From assembly GCF_006345805.1 (NCBI RefSeq), contig NC_043002.1, positions 94,736,001 through 94,800,000 of the forward strand: a DNA stretch of 64,000 nt. The letters are read 5' to 3'. Source of the DNA: Octopus sinensis (lineage: Eukaryota). A program made the translations under genes and the position numbers. Positions 52,109 to 63,610 of the stretch are shown in pieces; within the stretch, counting starts at the first letter, position 1, and each line of letters begins with the position of its first letter. Under the pieces are notes generated by a model, which saw only the letters and a list, made by a program, of their open reading frames with translations, made no database searches and was not told the origin of the DNA.

Positions 52109-52492
52109 GGAGGCGCAATGGCCCAGTGGTTAGGGCAGCGGACTCGCGGTCATAGGATCGCGGTTTCGATTCCCAGACTGGGCGTTGTGAGTGTTTATTG
52201 AGCAAAAACACCTAAAAGCTCCACGAGGCTCCGGCAGGGGATGGTGGTGATCCCTGCTGTACTCTTTCACCACAACTTTCTCTTACTCTTACTTCCTGTT
52301 TCTGTTGTACCTGTATTTCAAGGGGCCGGCCTTGTCACTCTCTGTGTCACGCTGAATATCCCCGAGAACTACGTTAAGGGTGCACGTGTTTGTGGAGTGC
52401 TCAGCCACTTACACGTTAATTTCACGAGCAGGCTCTTCCGTTGATTCGGATCAACCGGAACCCTCATCATCGTAACCGATGGAGTGCTTCCA
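52109..52492 (+). mobile_element. tRNA(Arg)-like-headed SINE (family 2), long form
   Basis: A-box-like TGGCCCAGTGGTTAGG, GGACTCGCGG, B-box-like GGTTTCGATTCC. Confidence 0.8.
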
Positions 52493-53579
52493 CTATACTT
52501 TCAGAACACTTATTTCAACTGCTTGTTAGGTCACCTCAGAAACAGAAGTTATGAAGAATTTATATCATAGGCAGTACACTTATTGCAATCTACTTTCATG
52601 CATCTGCTACATTTGAAGTCCTTTTTCATAAGCCTGCCAATAATCCCCTTCACCTATTGTTTTATTATATCTTACACTGGATACACCATATTCAGTTCCC
52701 ACATATTCTTTTTCTGCATATTAAGCATAGTCACTTCTTACAAGGGGGTACTGAAAAGTACAGTTAAATATGATTTTATTCAACATGTTCTCCTCTCAGA
52801 TTGATGTACTAATTGCAGCAGTCCTTCAGTTTTTCTAAGCCCTGTAAAAGAACTCATAAAATTGGGCTTCCAGCCAGGCCTTTCACAATACCCTTAAAGC
52901 CAGGAACTTTACAGCACCCCCTCATACATAATAGTAGGTTCTGTCTGCTTTTGTGCTGACTAAAATATTTTGTCTTTGCTAAAACAGGCACTCACTTTCT
53001 TGGTTCCAGTCAACCCAATGATGGAACAGCCTGCTTGTGAAATCAGCATGCAAGTAGCCGAGCACTCTACAGACAGATGAACTTTGAACATTCTCAGGGA
53101 GACTCAGCACAAAACTGAATGTGACAAAGCTGGCCCTTTGAAAACAGGTAGAACTTATTTTTGCCAGCTGAGTGAACTGAAGCAATGAGAAATAAAGTGT
53201 CTTGCTCAACGACACAATGTGCTATTGGGAATTGAACTCATGACCTTCAACAGTGAACCAAATACCCTAACCTCTAAGCCACATGCCTAGGTTTACTTTA
53301 AAACCTCTTGATTCAAGGATTTGTTTCTATATTTGGAATTTCTTCACTAATACTTTGACATTTGACTCCATCATCCTCATAGAGAATTTCCTATTGATAG
53401 CACCTCATAAATTCTATTCTTGCCATGTGAGATATAATAAAGTTCTCGTGGCCATAAGGAGGGGCTGAGAGCAAAATCTACATGGTAACCTGTTCCCATG
53501 CTAAATACATTACTGAGCTAGATACATTACTATTCTGTACATGTAGCTTGTATGGTTCTCATAAATCATTCATTAACAT

Positions 53580-53898
53580 CAGTGGTTCTCAACCGTTATT
53601 TACTTATAGATCCCTTTGATTACAATCTTATTCTGGTGGACTCCCACAGTCATTCAATGTTTATAGATACTTCTTTCAAAATTCTTATTTTGCTTATCAT
53701 ATATTCACTTGTGTAGGCTGAACTATGTAAAATGCCAGAGAAAGAAATCTAGTTGTTTCTTGCAATAAATACATCTAAAGTTTTGTCATGGACCCATAAA
53801 ATATTACTGTGAACCCAATTTACTATTTTGCTTATGTGAACCCCTTAAATCTTATATGGACCACAAGGGATCTTACGTACCCCAGTTGAGAGCTACAG
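53580..53898. mobile_element. Old hAT-type MITE
   Basis: CAGTGGTTCTCAACC left end; right end 12/16 complementary; flanks ATTAACAT/ATCTACAT as a possible decayed 8-bp TSD. Confidence 0.45.
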
Positions 53899-54667
53899 AT
53901 CTACATTATCCAATTTTCTTGATGAATCCAAACTTTGAAGCATGATACTCTGGGAGACAGCAGCATAGCTAGAGATGGGGTTGGGCAGTCCTTCTCAGGT
54001 AGTGCTTTTATGTATTGGAGTGGGGATGGCATTTTTGGGTCCGTTGTATAAACTTGTATAGGCTTGGGCATTTGAAGGAAGATGGGCAAACACAAGAGCA
54101 ATACACACTTTCATAGACTTGGAAATAGGGGGTGCAGTGGCTGCAAGTGCACCCCCTAAAATTTTGTTGGGGGTGAGGGGCAATTAAAACACTTTGAACA
54201 TCCTGGATTGGAGCTCGAATTGCATTCCCCTAAGCAAATTTCGTTCCTATATGTTCCAGCCACACCGATGTCCAAAAGCCTTCTCCACATCATGGAATTC
54301 TAGTTACAATTCTTTGCACTTTGTTAAGAATTCTTCCTGTAATGGCTTTACTAGGAAAATGGCATAAGTGGTGCTCTGTCATGGCAACAAACCTCAGCTG
54401 TAATTTACCTTAGTAAATTTTCTTCCTAATTAACTGAGCAATGCTGTTGTTATCATAACTTGAGAGAGGAGGAAAGAATGTAATGAATGTGAGTGAAAGA
54501 ATTTTTAGTTGATGACTATTTATAACTTGGATTCTCAGTTCTTGCTGGTTGATACATATTTGAATATACTGAATGTATCTAAATAGAATTTGATTCTTTG
54601 TTCTTTAAGTGGTCATGATTGAGCTGCATTTCACTTTGCCTTGCTAGGAATCTCTATCCTTTGTTAA

Positions 54668-56794
54668 CCACTTTAAAATGGTTAACGTAAATTTACAGAT
54701 GCAGTCTACATATTTTAAATAGTTGATGTAAATGTACACCACTTGATTTGTGTACTTGCTTTGCCCTTTTGCCATTGTTGATGTAAATATACACTGTTCC
54801 CTGAGCTAGCACAGGTCAACCTATTATACACTGACTAGTAGGATGCTTAGATGTATTATCTAAATATTTATACCCCAGGTGTAGGCTTTTGTTACTATAT
54901 AAGTTGTAGTTTAGGTGATGATACCACATTACCACTATGGCTTCCGGTCAACTCAAAACCAATTTGCACTCTTCAACTAATATTGTAGATGAATCTTGTG
55001 GACGTGCTTGTTGCATTCTGGTCCTGCACATAATTTATGGTTGCACTCAACCACTCCAGCTTCATTATCACATCATACCATTCCAGCTTTCTCATGTTCA
55101 TCATCACATTTGTCATCACATACTACCACTCCAGCTTTGTTGCCTCCTACCATTCTGGTTCCATCAGTCTTGTTGCATTCTACCATTCTGATTCCATCAG
55201 CCCCCATCGCATCCTACCACTCTGGCTCAGTCAGCTTCATCATTTATGTTAGTTTCATACAACTTGTGGTTGTTGCATTCAGCTATGCCTTTGTGCAATT
55301 TATGGTCATCACATCCAGCTATGTCAAGCTCCTCCACTGTATTTCCCTCCCCGTCTGTTTCTTCTGGTTCGGATAATGACTCTGAAAGTGAGAACTTCCC
55401 TAGGACACAATTGGATGGTTCAGATTCAGATAGTGATAATGATATTCTGGTAAATCAAAGATACAGGTGGGCAGCAGTGTATGGTCCTGGACAACAGAGT
55501 GTCATATGGCAACAGGGAGATAATTTCGTTTTACATCATGGGTTTACTGGTACACCTGGCATAAAGGCTTGAACATAGAAGTTCACCATCGGAAATCTTC
55601 CACGTATTTTTGACAGATGAAATGTTCCAGTATATAACAGACGAAAAGAATGGCTATTCTGAAAACCATCCCCAACATGTCAGCCCTACGCATGGTGGTG
55701 ATTGGTTTCCAACCACAGGAGACAAAATCAAAGTTCTTGAGCTGCTAATATTGATGGGCATTGTGTGAAGAAACCAACCCTGGCATCATATTGAACATAG
55801 GATCCAGCCATGTCAACACCTTTCTTTCCAGAAATGATGCCATGTGATCGTTTTTTGGTGCTTCTCAGAAATCTCCATTTCAGTTCAGGTGAAAACCTGG
55901 ATGATACACTACACAAAATACATCCTACATAGGAAAAAACTTTGGAAGGGGGCAACAGTGTACTGATGCACCAATAGTGTCATTCTCGCTCTAGTGTGAC
56001 AGAACAAGAGAAACATCTGCATGTTGTCCACAATGCATTTGGCAAACATGAAAGACACTAGAAAACTAGATGTGGACAGTAATCTGATAATGAAACCGTG
56101 TGTGGTTATTTTGTACAATGAGAGGATGGGCAAGGGTCAATCGCTCAGATCAGCTGGCGACAATGAACAAATCTGTAGGAAAATTTGTGAAGTGGTATAA
56201 AAAAAAATTTACTTGTATATTGGTTGGCATGTGCATCATCAATTCTCATTTGATTTGGCAGATGCTTGAAGGTATTGGGGATGGATTGATATTTTGAGAT
56301 TTACTATTCTGTGAAATTATAGAAGCGTCAGATCTACTAAGGCACTGAACACATGGACGTCCTCATGCCAGACACTCTGTCGCTACATAGTAAAGGGACA
56401 TGGGGGCATTTCCCAAGATTGATTGCACCCACCATAAAGAAGGCAAATGTAGTGAATAGATGTGCTGTGTGTAAAGTGAAAGTGAAGTGAAAGGAAACCA
56501 GATACTTTTATTTTGATTGTAATATACCACTTTGAATGGTACCAGAATTAAATTTTTGTGCAATGTGATTGTATAAGGCAAATACATGAAGTTTATCTGA
56601 CTTGTGCTGTTGATTGATCTTACTCCTGCATCAGCATCCTGCAAAATGATACAGTTAAAGTAAATAAACAGTTCCAGCTTTGAAGCAGTTCACGTAAATA
56701 TATGCCAAATATTATCTCACACTAATTTTTGACCTCTCAATGGGATTGCTGTGGCTGCACACAGGCTGCCTAATCCATCACCAATGTGAAGTGG
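54668..56794 (+). mobile_element. Decayed, internally deleted piggyBac (PGBD4-like) transposon
   Basis: Remnants: acidic SDSDSD N-terminus, STPFFPEMMPCDRFLVLLRNLHF, KPCVVILYNERMG/RVNRSDQ...KWYKK, C-terminal RCAVC...DC..PL. Candidate ends TTAA|CCACTT ... AAGTGG|TTAA; the left end is tentative. Confidence 0.75.
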
Positions 56795-56994
56795 TTAACT
56801 TTGGTAGGCCCTCAATTTCCTGCTGTATTTTTCTGCCAATAACACTAATGTAGTTAACTGGTCTTCATCCATTATAAGTGTTACAGAAGTCTCCAAAAAA
56901 AGAATGTCCAGTATGGTCTGGTATTCAATATAGTAGTAGTGGCCATGAAAGCCTACTCCATGTTGAGCAGCAATGGAAGAAATAGGTGGAATCA

Positions 56995-57160
56995 TTATTA
57001 TTGTCATCATCATTGTCGTTGTCACTGTCATCAACATTGCCATCATCATCATCATCATCATCTTCATTGTAATCATGATCATGACCATCATCATCATTGT
57101 TGTCATCATCGTCATCATCGTCGTCATCACCGTCATTATCATCATAACTGTCATCATTTA
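56995..57160. repeat. (CAT/CGT/ATT)n array continuing from an RTE tail at 57150-57285
   Basis: Directly visible. Confidence 0.85.
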
Positions 57161-57566
57161 ACACCTGGCCTCCATGCTGGCATAGGTTGGATGGGTTGAT
57201 AAGATTTAGAGGACTGTAACATGCTTCAGCATCTAATTTAGCATGGCCTCTATGGCTAGATACCCTTTCTGATACCAACCATTTTAGAGATTGTACTGTG
57301 TAAGGTATTGCAAGGTAGCAAGACATAGCCCTGGAATGCAGAAGGTGGAATATATCCATAAATCACAATTTGTTTTGGTATTGTGTTCATGTCTGCATAC
57401 TGTATGCACCATTAAGGTACTCTTGAAACTCCTTCTTAGCTCAAATTTCAGTTTCATAGGGGAAAATGCTTTCTACATGTGCCATGAGGGATCCTAATGT
57501 TGAGGAGCTCTTTACAGGCAGTCCAAGCTTGTCTCTATGCTCAGTAACATAGGACTGAACATGTCT

Positions 57567-57994
57567 GGTAAGTTCACCATCATCAGTTCATCACAGGGAA
57601 AGTTCACCATAAGGAATGTTCACTGCAAGAAAAGTTCACCATGAGGAAAGTTTACAGAGAGATAAGTTCACAGTAAAAGAATATAAAAACCTTATTTTTG
57701 AACTCTAATGTGCTTAATTAATGGATAGAAAACTTCATGGTAAAAAAGATTTTAAAAACCCTTATCATCAATTTATTCAAAAATTAGATGGATTTAATCA
57801 ATCAATTTAATGAATAGAATTTAAAAGATTAATGAGTTTAATCAAATAAGTAAACCAGTTTTCTAATAAGTTATGTTATGCTCTGTTCCATGCAAGTAGT
57901 CACAGATGCAATTATCTTCATTGTAACTTTGAACAAGTCTTAATTTACACAGCAAAAGTAACATACAGAGTGAATTGATGGTGGTGAACTTACC
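57567..57994. mobile_element. Old MITE-like element with subterminal AAGTTCACC repeats
   Basis: 24-bp inverted repeats GGTAAGTTCACCAYCATCARTTCA at 57567-57590 and 57971-57994; about 5 AAGTTCAC motifs inside the left end. Confidence 0.5.
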
Positions 57995-58307
57995 TGTAAT
58001 CAGACTGAATTTGCTCTGACAATTTTGTTTCAGTCACTTTGTTTTTTGGCTTATCATTATTAAACATTCAGATGTCATAGAATGTAATGTAAACTTAATG
58101 GTCAGTATGACAATTCGAACTGGTCTTTGTAGTTCTATCTTGTATAGATTTTATCCCTCACCTTTGAAACTCAGTGATAGTTATAGGTTGGAAAATTCTA
58201 GACTATAACGCAAGGCCATGATAATGCTGTGTGTGTGTATGTGTGTGTATGTGTGTGTGTGTGTGTGTGTGGTGTGTGTGTGTGTGTGTGTATGCATGTA
58301 TGTGTAG

Positions 58308-58404
<97 letters not shown>

Positions 58405-58830
58405 CACTGACATCTCATTTTAACAGATATATTTACCACAATTGCATAAAAATATCTTGAAATACTTTTATGTATTTCAAGAGTACATTTAATGAATAAA
58501 ATCGCCTTTGGCTTTAACCATGGCCTCCAGACAATTTCAGAATCTCCTGCAAATCTTCTGGATGGTCTCCTTTTTTAAATTAGTGAATGCTACCATAATC
58601 CTTGCCTTCAGTTCATCTTTAGAGTTACAAGGAGTTTTGTTAGTCTCACACTCACCTGTGCCCCACACATAATAATCAAGGGAGCTGGAGTCTGGAGAGT
58701 TAGTTGGCCAGATGTTAGGGGTGATGTGGTCACAGAAACTGCCTGACAGCTATGATTGGGTTCTCCTGCTTGTGTGGCATGGTGCAGAGTCCTGTTGCCA
58801 AACATAGTCTTCCAGATTGAGAGCTACTGC
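58405..58830 (-). mobile_element. maT/Bmmar1-type (DD37D) transposase C-terminal fragment
   Basis: YVWQQDSAPCHTSRRTQS*LSGSFCDHITPNIWPTNSPDSSSLDYYVWG...AKGDFIH*; 37 residues between the QQD and LDY aspartates. Confidence 0.8.
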
Positions 58831-59028
58831 TGTAGACTCTCAGAATAAGAGATTCTGAATATTGTTATAATTTTTTTTTTTTAATAAAAATATCGATTCC
58901 CAATGAAACTTTTACTCAAAAATGATGACCTAATTTCCTAAGTAACCTCTTCTTTAAAGTTAAATTTAGATAAATTTTATTTACTAAAAAAAGCTTCCAA
59001 TTATTAAATCTTTTTTTTCCTTCATGTT

Positions 59029-59710
59029 CATCATCATCATTATCATCATCGTTTAACGTCCACTTTCCATGCTACCATGGGTCAGACGATTTTGACTGAG
59101 GGCTGCACCAGGCTCCAATCTTGATTTGGCAGAGTTTCTACAGCTGGATGCCCTTCCTAACGCCAACCACTCCAAGAGTGTAGTGGGTGCTTTTTACGTG
59201 CCACTGGCACGGGGGCTAGTCAGGCAGTACTGGCAATGACCTTGCTCGAATCCTTTTACACATGCCCCCAGCACAGGTGCCAGTAAGGCGACTTTGGTAA
59301 CGATCACGCTCAAATGGTGCCCTTTTATGTGCCACTGGCACGGAAGCCAGTTGGCTGCTCTGGCAACAATCTCACTCTGATGGTGCTCTTGGCACCCTAC
59401 TAGCATGGGCACAAGTGCCAGTAAGGCGACGCTGGTAACAATCACGCTCGAATGGTGCCCTTTGAGTTCCACTGGCACAGAAGCCGGTTAGCCGCTCTGT
59501 CAATGATCACGCTCATATGGTGCTCTTTGCACCCTGCTAGCACGGACGCAAGTTATCGAATTTGATTTTGATTTTGATTGATTTGATTTCACTTGTCTCA
59601 ACAGGTCTTCGCAAGCAGAGTTTTAGTGTCCAAAGAAGGAAAAGGTACACGTCCCTGGCATAGGCCATGAGATTATGGTTTCATTTGGCTTGCCGGGTCT
59701 TCTCATGCAT
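59029..59710 (-). mobile_element. RTE 3' UTR with (GAT)n tail
   Basis: Reverse complement of 51340-52005. Confidence 0.8.
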
Positions 59711-60562
59711 TTGATCAATGATGTCTTTTCAGGAGTTTGAAAATGAAGATGTCATGTATAACTCATGTAAAGTATAGCAGTTGTGTTGGCAAGAATGGGT
59801 TATTCCACTGAATGCAGTCTGCCTGGTTAAATATGCATGTCCAGATTTCTTAACTGCAGATATAGATATTACCAGACTTGAAAATCATTCACATTTCAGA
59901 GTAAATATTTAACAGACTTAGCGTAAAAAAAAAACATTTTAAAATATTGAAAAACTTTGGGGCTTTTTTAAATGCAACCCATCACCACAATTTTATCCCT
60001 ACTTTTCCATAGTGACATGGGTCATCATGACCAGTTTGGCTATTATTCAGAGTTACTGCCCTCCAAATGCCATTGTTGTAATCAGGAAGAACATAATGTG
60101 AGCCAAAAAACGTTTCTAGCCACTACTAAAAGGAAAGAATCAACTTCTATCAAATTTAAATCTGTTGAATCTACAATCAATCTTCAACGGGGGATGATTA
60201 GATTAAGCTGGATCTTGAACAGCTGAAGTTACTCTTAGAATTGCCACCACATACTAGTGACTCAGCTCTGCAATGAATGTTTGATATGTTCAATTATATG
60301 GACAAGTGGAGTCTGTAGTTTTCTGCTAAAGTGAATTTCTTTACAGAGCTAAAGCACTTCCTCTTGAATCAGAGACCATTACAGCTATTCCTACTTTGAA
60401 AGAAATTATTTTGAAGAGGTTTTCTCTCTACCCCACTGAGCTTATCATCCTCTTTGTAGTGGCATGCAATGCCTGTTACATGGTAGATACAGTGCCACTT
60501 TAAAACAAGTAGGTCAGTCAGTCACATGAAGGATATTGACTGGTAGCAGTATTCATTATGTG

Positions 60563-60850
60563 TGGAGGCACATGGCCTAGTGGTTAGAGCAGCAGACTCG
60601 CGATCAAGAGATCATGGGTTCGAATCTCAGACCGGGCAATGTGTGTGTTTATGAGCGAAAATACCTTAGCTCCACGTGGCTCCGGCAGCAGGTAATGGCA
60701 AACTTCTGCTGACTCTTTCGCTACAACTTTCTCTCACTCTTTCCTCCTGCATCTTGCAGCTCACCTGTGACGGACCGGCATCCCATTCAGGTGGGGAACC
60801 TATACGCCAAGAAACTAGGAAACCGGCCCTTAAGAGCCAGGCATAACTCA
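60563..60850 (+). mobile_element. tRNA(Arg)-like-headed SINE (family 2 variant)
   Basis: GGAGGCACATGGCCTAGTGGTTAGAGCAGCAGACTCGCG...GGGTTCGAATCTC. Confidence 0.8.
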
Positions 60851-61213
60851 AGAAAGAACAAAATATTCATTATCCGCTTGTAAAGGAAGTAACTGTTAAA
60901 TCAGAGGCATGGTACAGACTTTAAAGTTTCTCTTCAATATCATACAAGAAATGTATATCTAAATTTTCTCTTGTTATTCCCTGCAATGATATGACATTCA
61001 CAACTCTCATCAGATGTCTAGACTATATCTTATTGCTTTATAGGATGACAAATTTTTGTTCATTCAGACAAAGGGAGATTATTTACTTTAAAAGCAGTGA
61101 AAACTTATTGAACTAGTCAAGGTGTTGTATTTTCTGAAGCCACAACTTAACATCCAATAAGAAACAGTCGAACTGAAAGATATAAAGGCATTATCTAGAA
61201 GTCCACATGCCTT

Positions 61214-61337
61214 TACATTATTTACATTTGACGGATATTTGTCCTAATCTTGTTAGTTACTGATACAATGTTTCAGCTTCATCAGGTGTCTTGGGGAAAT
61301 TTCGAACCTGGATTCTCATTCCTAAAGTATTTTTTGA

Positions 61338-61370
<33 letters not shown>

Positions 61371-61474
61371 GATTATTATGATTATTATGATTATTATTAT
61401 TATTATCATCGCTCAGGTCAAAGCTTGGAATCGAACTCAGAATCTTGGGGTTAGTAGCTCGCACTCTTAACCAC

Positions 61475-61518
<44 letters not shown>

Positions 61519-61535
61519 TAATAATAATAATGATA

Positions 61536-61568
<33 letters not shown>

Positions 61569-61780
61569 TAATAATAATAATGATAATAATAATAATAATA
61601 ATAATAACATCGAAAAATACCTTAGGAATGAGAACCCACGTTCGTAATTTCCCCAAGACACCTGATGAAAGTTTGAGGGTATATCAGCTGAAACATGTTA
61701 ACAACAAACAAGATGAGGACAAATATCTGTCAAATGTAGATAATGTACATAATTCCTCATCTCTTAAATATAGAACTGTA
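61214..61780. mobile_element. Inverted composite: tRNA-headed, (AAT)n-containing element with HHR-like body, plus a headless inverted copy, inside a 12-bp direct repeat
   Basis: 61214-61340 is the reverse complement of 61605-61750; tRNA-like head on the minus strand at 61390-61475; TCCACATGCCTT at 61202-61213 and 61781-61792. Confidence 0.65.
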
Positions 61781-62152
61781 TCCACATGCCTTGCCATGAA
61801 GAGAGAAGAGGAGGGGCAGGTAAGTTCTTGTTGTAGTGGGGTATGTGGCTACTCACATTTAGAAGAGAGGGTGAGAAGGACCAGTGGAAGCTGCAAGTCC
61901 AGGTGGTTCCTCAAAGTACAAGGTGAGTAGAAGTGAGTGAGGACAGAGGAAGTAGGCATGTGGAAAAGTCAGGGTTTACAAGAATATATGGGAAAGTAAG
62001 ATATGGGGGAATGGAGACAGGTTGAAGGGTGGATGTAGGGAGTGATGGATGGCCCTTGATACAGGAGTTGGAGAAGGTAGAAGGATGTAGACATATATAT
62101 ATATACACACATACATTCATATATGCATACATACATATATATATGATATATA

Positions 62153-62185
<33 letters not shown>

Positions 62186-62186
<1 letters not shown>

Positions 62187-62440
62187 CATTTAACGTCTGC
62201 TTTCCATGCTGGGGTGGGTTAAATAGTTTAACAGGAGCTGGCCAAGCAGAAGACTGCAGCAGGCTTCAGTGTTTTGTTATGGGTTTTATGGCTGGATGCC
62301 CTTCCTAACACCAACCACTCTGCAGAGTGGACTGAGTACTTTTTATGTGGCACCAGCACAGGTGAGGTCAGCTTTGGCATGGTTTTTACAGCTGGGTGCT
62401 GTTCCAAATGCCAACCAATTTACAATGTGGACTGATCCTC
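62186..62440 (-). mobile_element. Degenerate RTE 3' UTR fragment
   Basis: CATTTAACGTCTGCTTTCCATGCT...GCTGGATGCCCTTCCTAAC. Confidence 0.65.
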
Positions 62441-62496
62441 TGTATTTTCTTTTACTCAAAGCCAGGAACTTTTCAACTCTTGTACAAATACCGCCC

Positions 62497-62534
<38 letters not shown>

Positions 62535-62675
62535 AATATAAGAGAGTGGTCACTATATGGCTCACTCTAGCACCAGTTAATCCAAAAGTTTCAACCACGA
62601 AAATACATGTTTCCCATGAAAGTCAGTACGATTGTTAGCTCACACGGACAGGGCAAATAAAAAATAACAAAAATA

Positions 62676-62772
62676 CAGATTATTTTGGGACAATTGTTTC
62701 GCTATTAATGAATTAAATGTAATTTTACTTACAAAAAAAATCCATTTGTAGCTCGTCAGCCAAAACTATCTG
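62676..62772 (-). ncRNA. Type I hammerhead ribozyme (canonical core)
   Basis: Exact reverse complement of 63515-63610; predicted cleavage between 62689 and 62688. Confidence 0.8.
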
Positions 62773-63514
62773 GATGAAATCCACTCAATCACACGCCAGA
62801 TTTTACCATAACGATAAATACGCGTGTGGTTCAATTGATTACATCCGACGTTATAATTCAAATGCCCCAACTAACAGCGCGCCAAACTTTCACGGAAAAC
62901 AAATACAGCATTTAGAAATAAATGCAGCATAATTATAATTAATTAATAAGGGTGAGAGAATTAGATACTAATTTAATAGTATATCCATTCAACACCAAGT
63001 GGCCTAGTGCTCCGAGAAACCTGGATTATTATAATATTTTATAACATATTATAATATTTTACAAAATAAATATAAGAGAGTGGTCACTATATGGCTCACT
63101 CTAGCACCAGTTAATCCAAAAGGTTTCAACCACGAAAATACATGTTCCCATGTTCGTGGTTGAAACCTTTTGGATTAACTGGTGCTAGAGTGAGCATATA
63201 GTGACCACTCTCTATATTTATTTTGTAAAAATATATAATATGTTATAAAATATTATAATAATCCAGGTTTCTCGGAGCACTAGGCCACTTGGTGTTGAAT
63301 GGATATACTATTAAATTAGTATCTAATTCTCTCACCCTTATTAATTAATTATAATTATGCTGCATTTATTTCTAAATGCTGTATTTGTTTTCCGTGAAAG
63401 TTTGGCGCGCTGTTAGTTGGGGCATTTGAATTATAACGTCGGATGTAATCAATTGAACCACACGCGTATTTATCGTTATGGTAAAATCTGGCGTGTGATT
63501 GAGTGGATTTCATC

Positions 63515-63610
63515 CAGATAGTTTTGGCTGACGAGCTACAAATGGATTTTTTTGTAAGTAAAATTACATTTAATTCATTAATAGCGAAACAATTGTCCCA
63601 AAATAATCTG
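63515..63610 (+). ncRNA. Type I hammerhead ribozyme (canonical core, GUC site)
   Basis: Stem I UUUUGG(63522-27)/CCAAAA(63598-603), extended by CAGAU/AUCUG; CUGACGA 63528-34; stem II GCUA/UAGC; GAAAC 63586-90; AAUU loop; GUC 63595-97. Confidence 0.82.

Noticed and set aside
52109-52185. tRNA-Arg(TCG)-like sequences (also 37565, 60563, 61390) as tRNA genes
   Set aside because: No proper acceptor stem, and each continues into a shared repeat body, so they are SINE heads.
52570-52700. Minus-strand peptide GIIGRLMKKDFKCSRC resembling the Cys-rich segment of some RTE ORFs
   Set aside because: Too short and degenerate to call.
308-62535. Most ORFs in the six-frame track (YIYI, THTH, CVCV, poly-D/H/M/I/S)
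   Set aside because: They are translations of di- and trinucleotide microsatellites, open in several frames and on both strands, with no domain motifs.
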